A stretch of DNA of 64,000 bases from Okamejei kenojei (taxonomy: Eukaryota), in assembly GCA_035221665.1 (NCBI GenBank), contig CM069156.1:36022001-36086000 (forward strand). The letters run 5' to 3'. How positions within the stretch are numbered: position 1 is the first letter of the stretch; each line of letters starts with the position of its first letter. The notes beneath the pieces are model-generated. The model was not told the DNA's origin and did not search any database. It saw only the letters and a list, made by a program, of their open reading frames with translations. Positions 63,051-64,000 of this stretch are shown here, in pieces. The translations under genes and the position numbers were made by a program.

Positions 63051-63671
63051 CTGAAGAACACACAACCAAATCATGACATTCAGTCTGAAGAAGGGTCTCG
63101 ACCCGAAACGTTGCCTATCTCCTTCGCTCCATAGATGCTGCTGCACCCGCTGAGTTTCTCCAGCATTTTGTGTACCCTATGACATTGGCTTATCTGGTTA
63201 TCTGCCGTCCATCAATTGCCAGTTCACACTAGTTTTAGACTTCATAAGCTCATTAGTTATAGGAGCAAAGTTAGGCCATTCAGTCCATCAAGTCTTCAAG
63301 TCTACTTCGTCATTCAATCATGGCTGATCTATCTTTCCCCATTAACCCCATTCTCCTGCCTTCACCCCATAACCCCTAACATCTGTACTAATCAAGAATT
63401 TGGCAATCTCCGTCTTAAAAATATCCATTGATGGCCTCCACAGCCTTCCGTGGCAATGAATTCCACAAATTCTTCCTCATCTCCTTTCTCAAGATTAACT
63501 TCAGAGATACAGTGTGGAAACAGGCCCTTCGGCCCGCCGAATATACGCCGACCATCGATTACCTGTTCACACTAGTTTTCAACTTTAGAGATACAGCGAG
63601 GAAACAGGCCATTTGGCCCATCGAGTCCGCGCCAACCAGCGGTCACACCCGCAAACTGGCACTATCCTACA

Positions 63672-63725
63672 GGGGTGGGAGATTGCAAGCTTCACGTGGT
63701 CCACTCTGTTTTGACGAATGCAATC
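63672..63725 (+). ncRNA. Putative minimal HDV/CPEB3-like self-cleaving ribozyme
   Basis: P1 GGGGUGG/CCACUCU with a G1-U wobble. P2 GAUUGCA/UGCAAUC. P3 AGC/GGU (ACC/GGU in the other copy). L3 UUCACGU, J1/4 GU, J4/2 CGAA with the putative catalytic C at 63715. Confidence 0.65.
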
Positions 63726-63802
63726 AATCCAACTTGCACAAACAAGATCAAATAGATCAAGTTGACGTACAGCTTTAGGCTGTGCACCCGATACGCAAGA
63801 AG
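63672..63802 (+). mobile_element. Short non-autonomous retroelement with a 5' HDV-like ribozyme and ...ATACGCAAGAAG tail, inserted in a V-SINE
   Basis: Flanked by an 11-bp direct repeat ACTATCCTACA (63661-63671 and 63803-63813). A homologous copy lies at about 52793-52930. Confidence 0.75.
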
Positions 63803-64000
63803 ACTATCCTACATACTTGGTACAATTTATAATTTTTACTGAAGCCAATTAACCTACAAACCTGTACGTCTTTAGGATGTGGGAGAAAGCCGGAGCACCC
63901 GAGGAAAAGCCAAGCGGTCAGAGGGAGAGCGTAAAACTCCACACAGACAGCAGCCGAGGTCAGAATCGCACACGGGTATCTGGTGCCATGAGTCAGCAGC

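Overview
Repeat-dense vertebrate genomic DNA, most likely from a cartilaginous fish (skate/ray-like). That assignment is inferred from the abundant HE1-type V-SINEs and CR1 LINEs. Three spliced protein-coding genes were reconstructed from GT-AG sites and phase-consistent exons. (1) The 3' end of a RAP1GAP2-like gene (+, exons 4816-19135). (2) A complete 8-exon tapasin-family gene (-, 50120-35789, 447 aa) with a signal peptide, tapasin N-domain, IgV, IgC1, TM and a KKPY* ER-retrieval tail. It lacks the tapasin ERp57 cysteine and TM lysine, so it best fits the third, non-mammalian 'tapasin-like' paralog. It has an ISRE/ETS/CCAAT/GC-box promoter. (3) The last two coding exons of an intron-containing EXO5 (-), with a 1-nt frameshift at about 59300. 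The remainder is CR1, Rex1/Babar, RTE-X, L1 and Penelope fragments, V-SINEs, a solo LTR, Harbinger, Tc1/mariner, hAT and P-like MITEs, simple repeats, a 148-N gap and a ~2.5 kb tandem duplication. The most striking unexplained element is a ~131-bp non-autonomous retroelement (63672-63802, with a degraded second copy at about 52793-52930). It has an 11-bp TSD, and its 5' end folds into a minimal HDV/CPEB3-like self-cleaving ribozyme. Penelope-derived minimal hammerhead motifs are also scattered through the window. All calls were made by eye, and no database searches were run.
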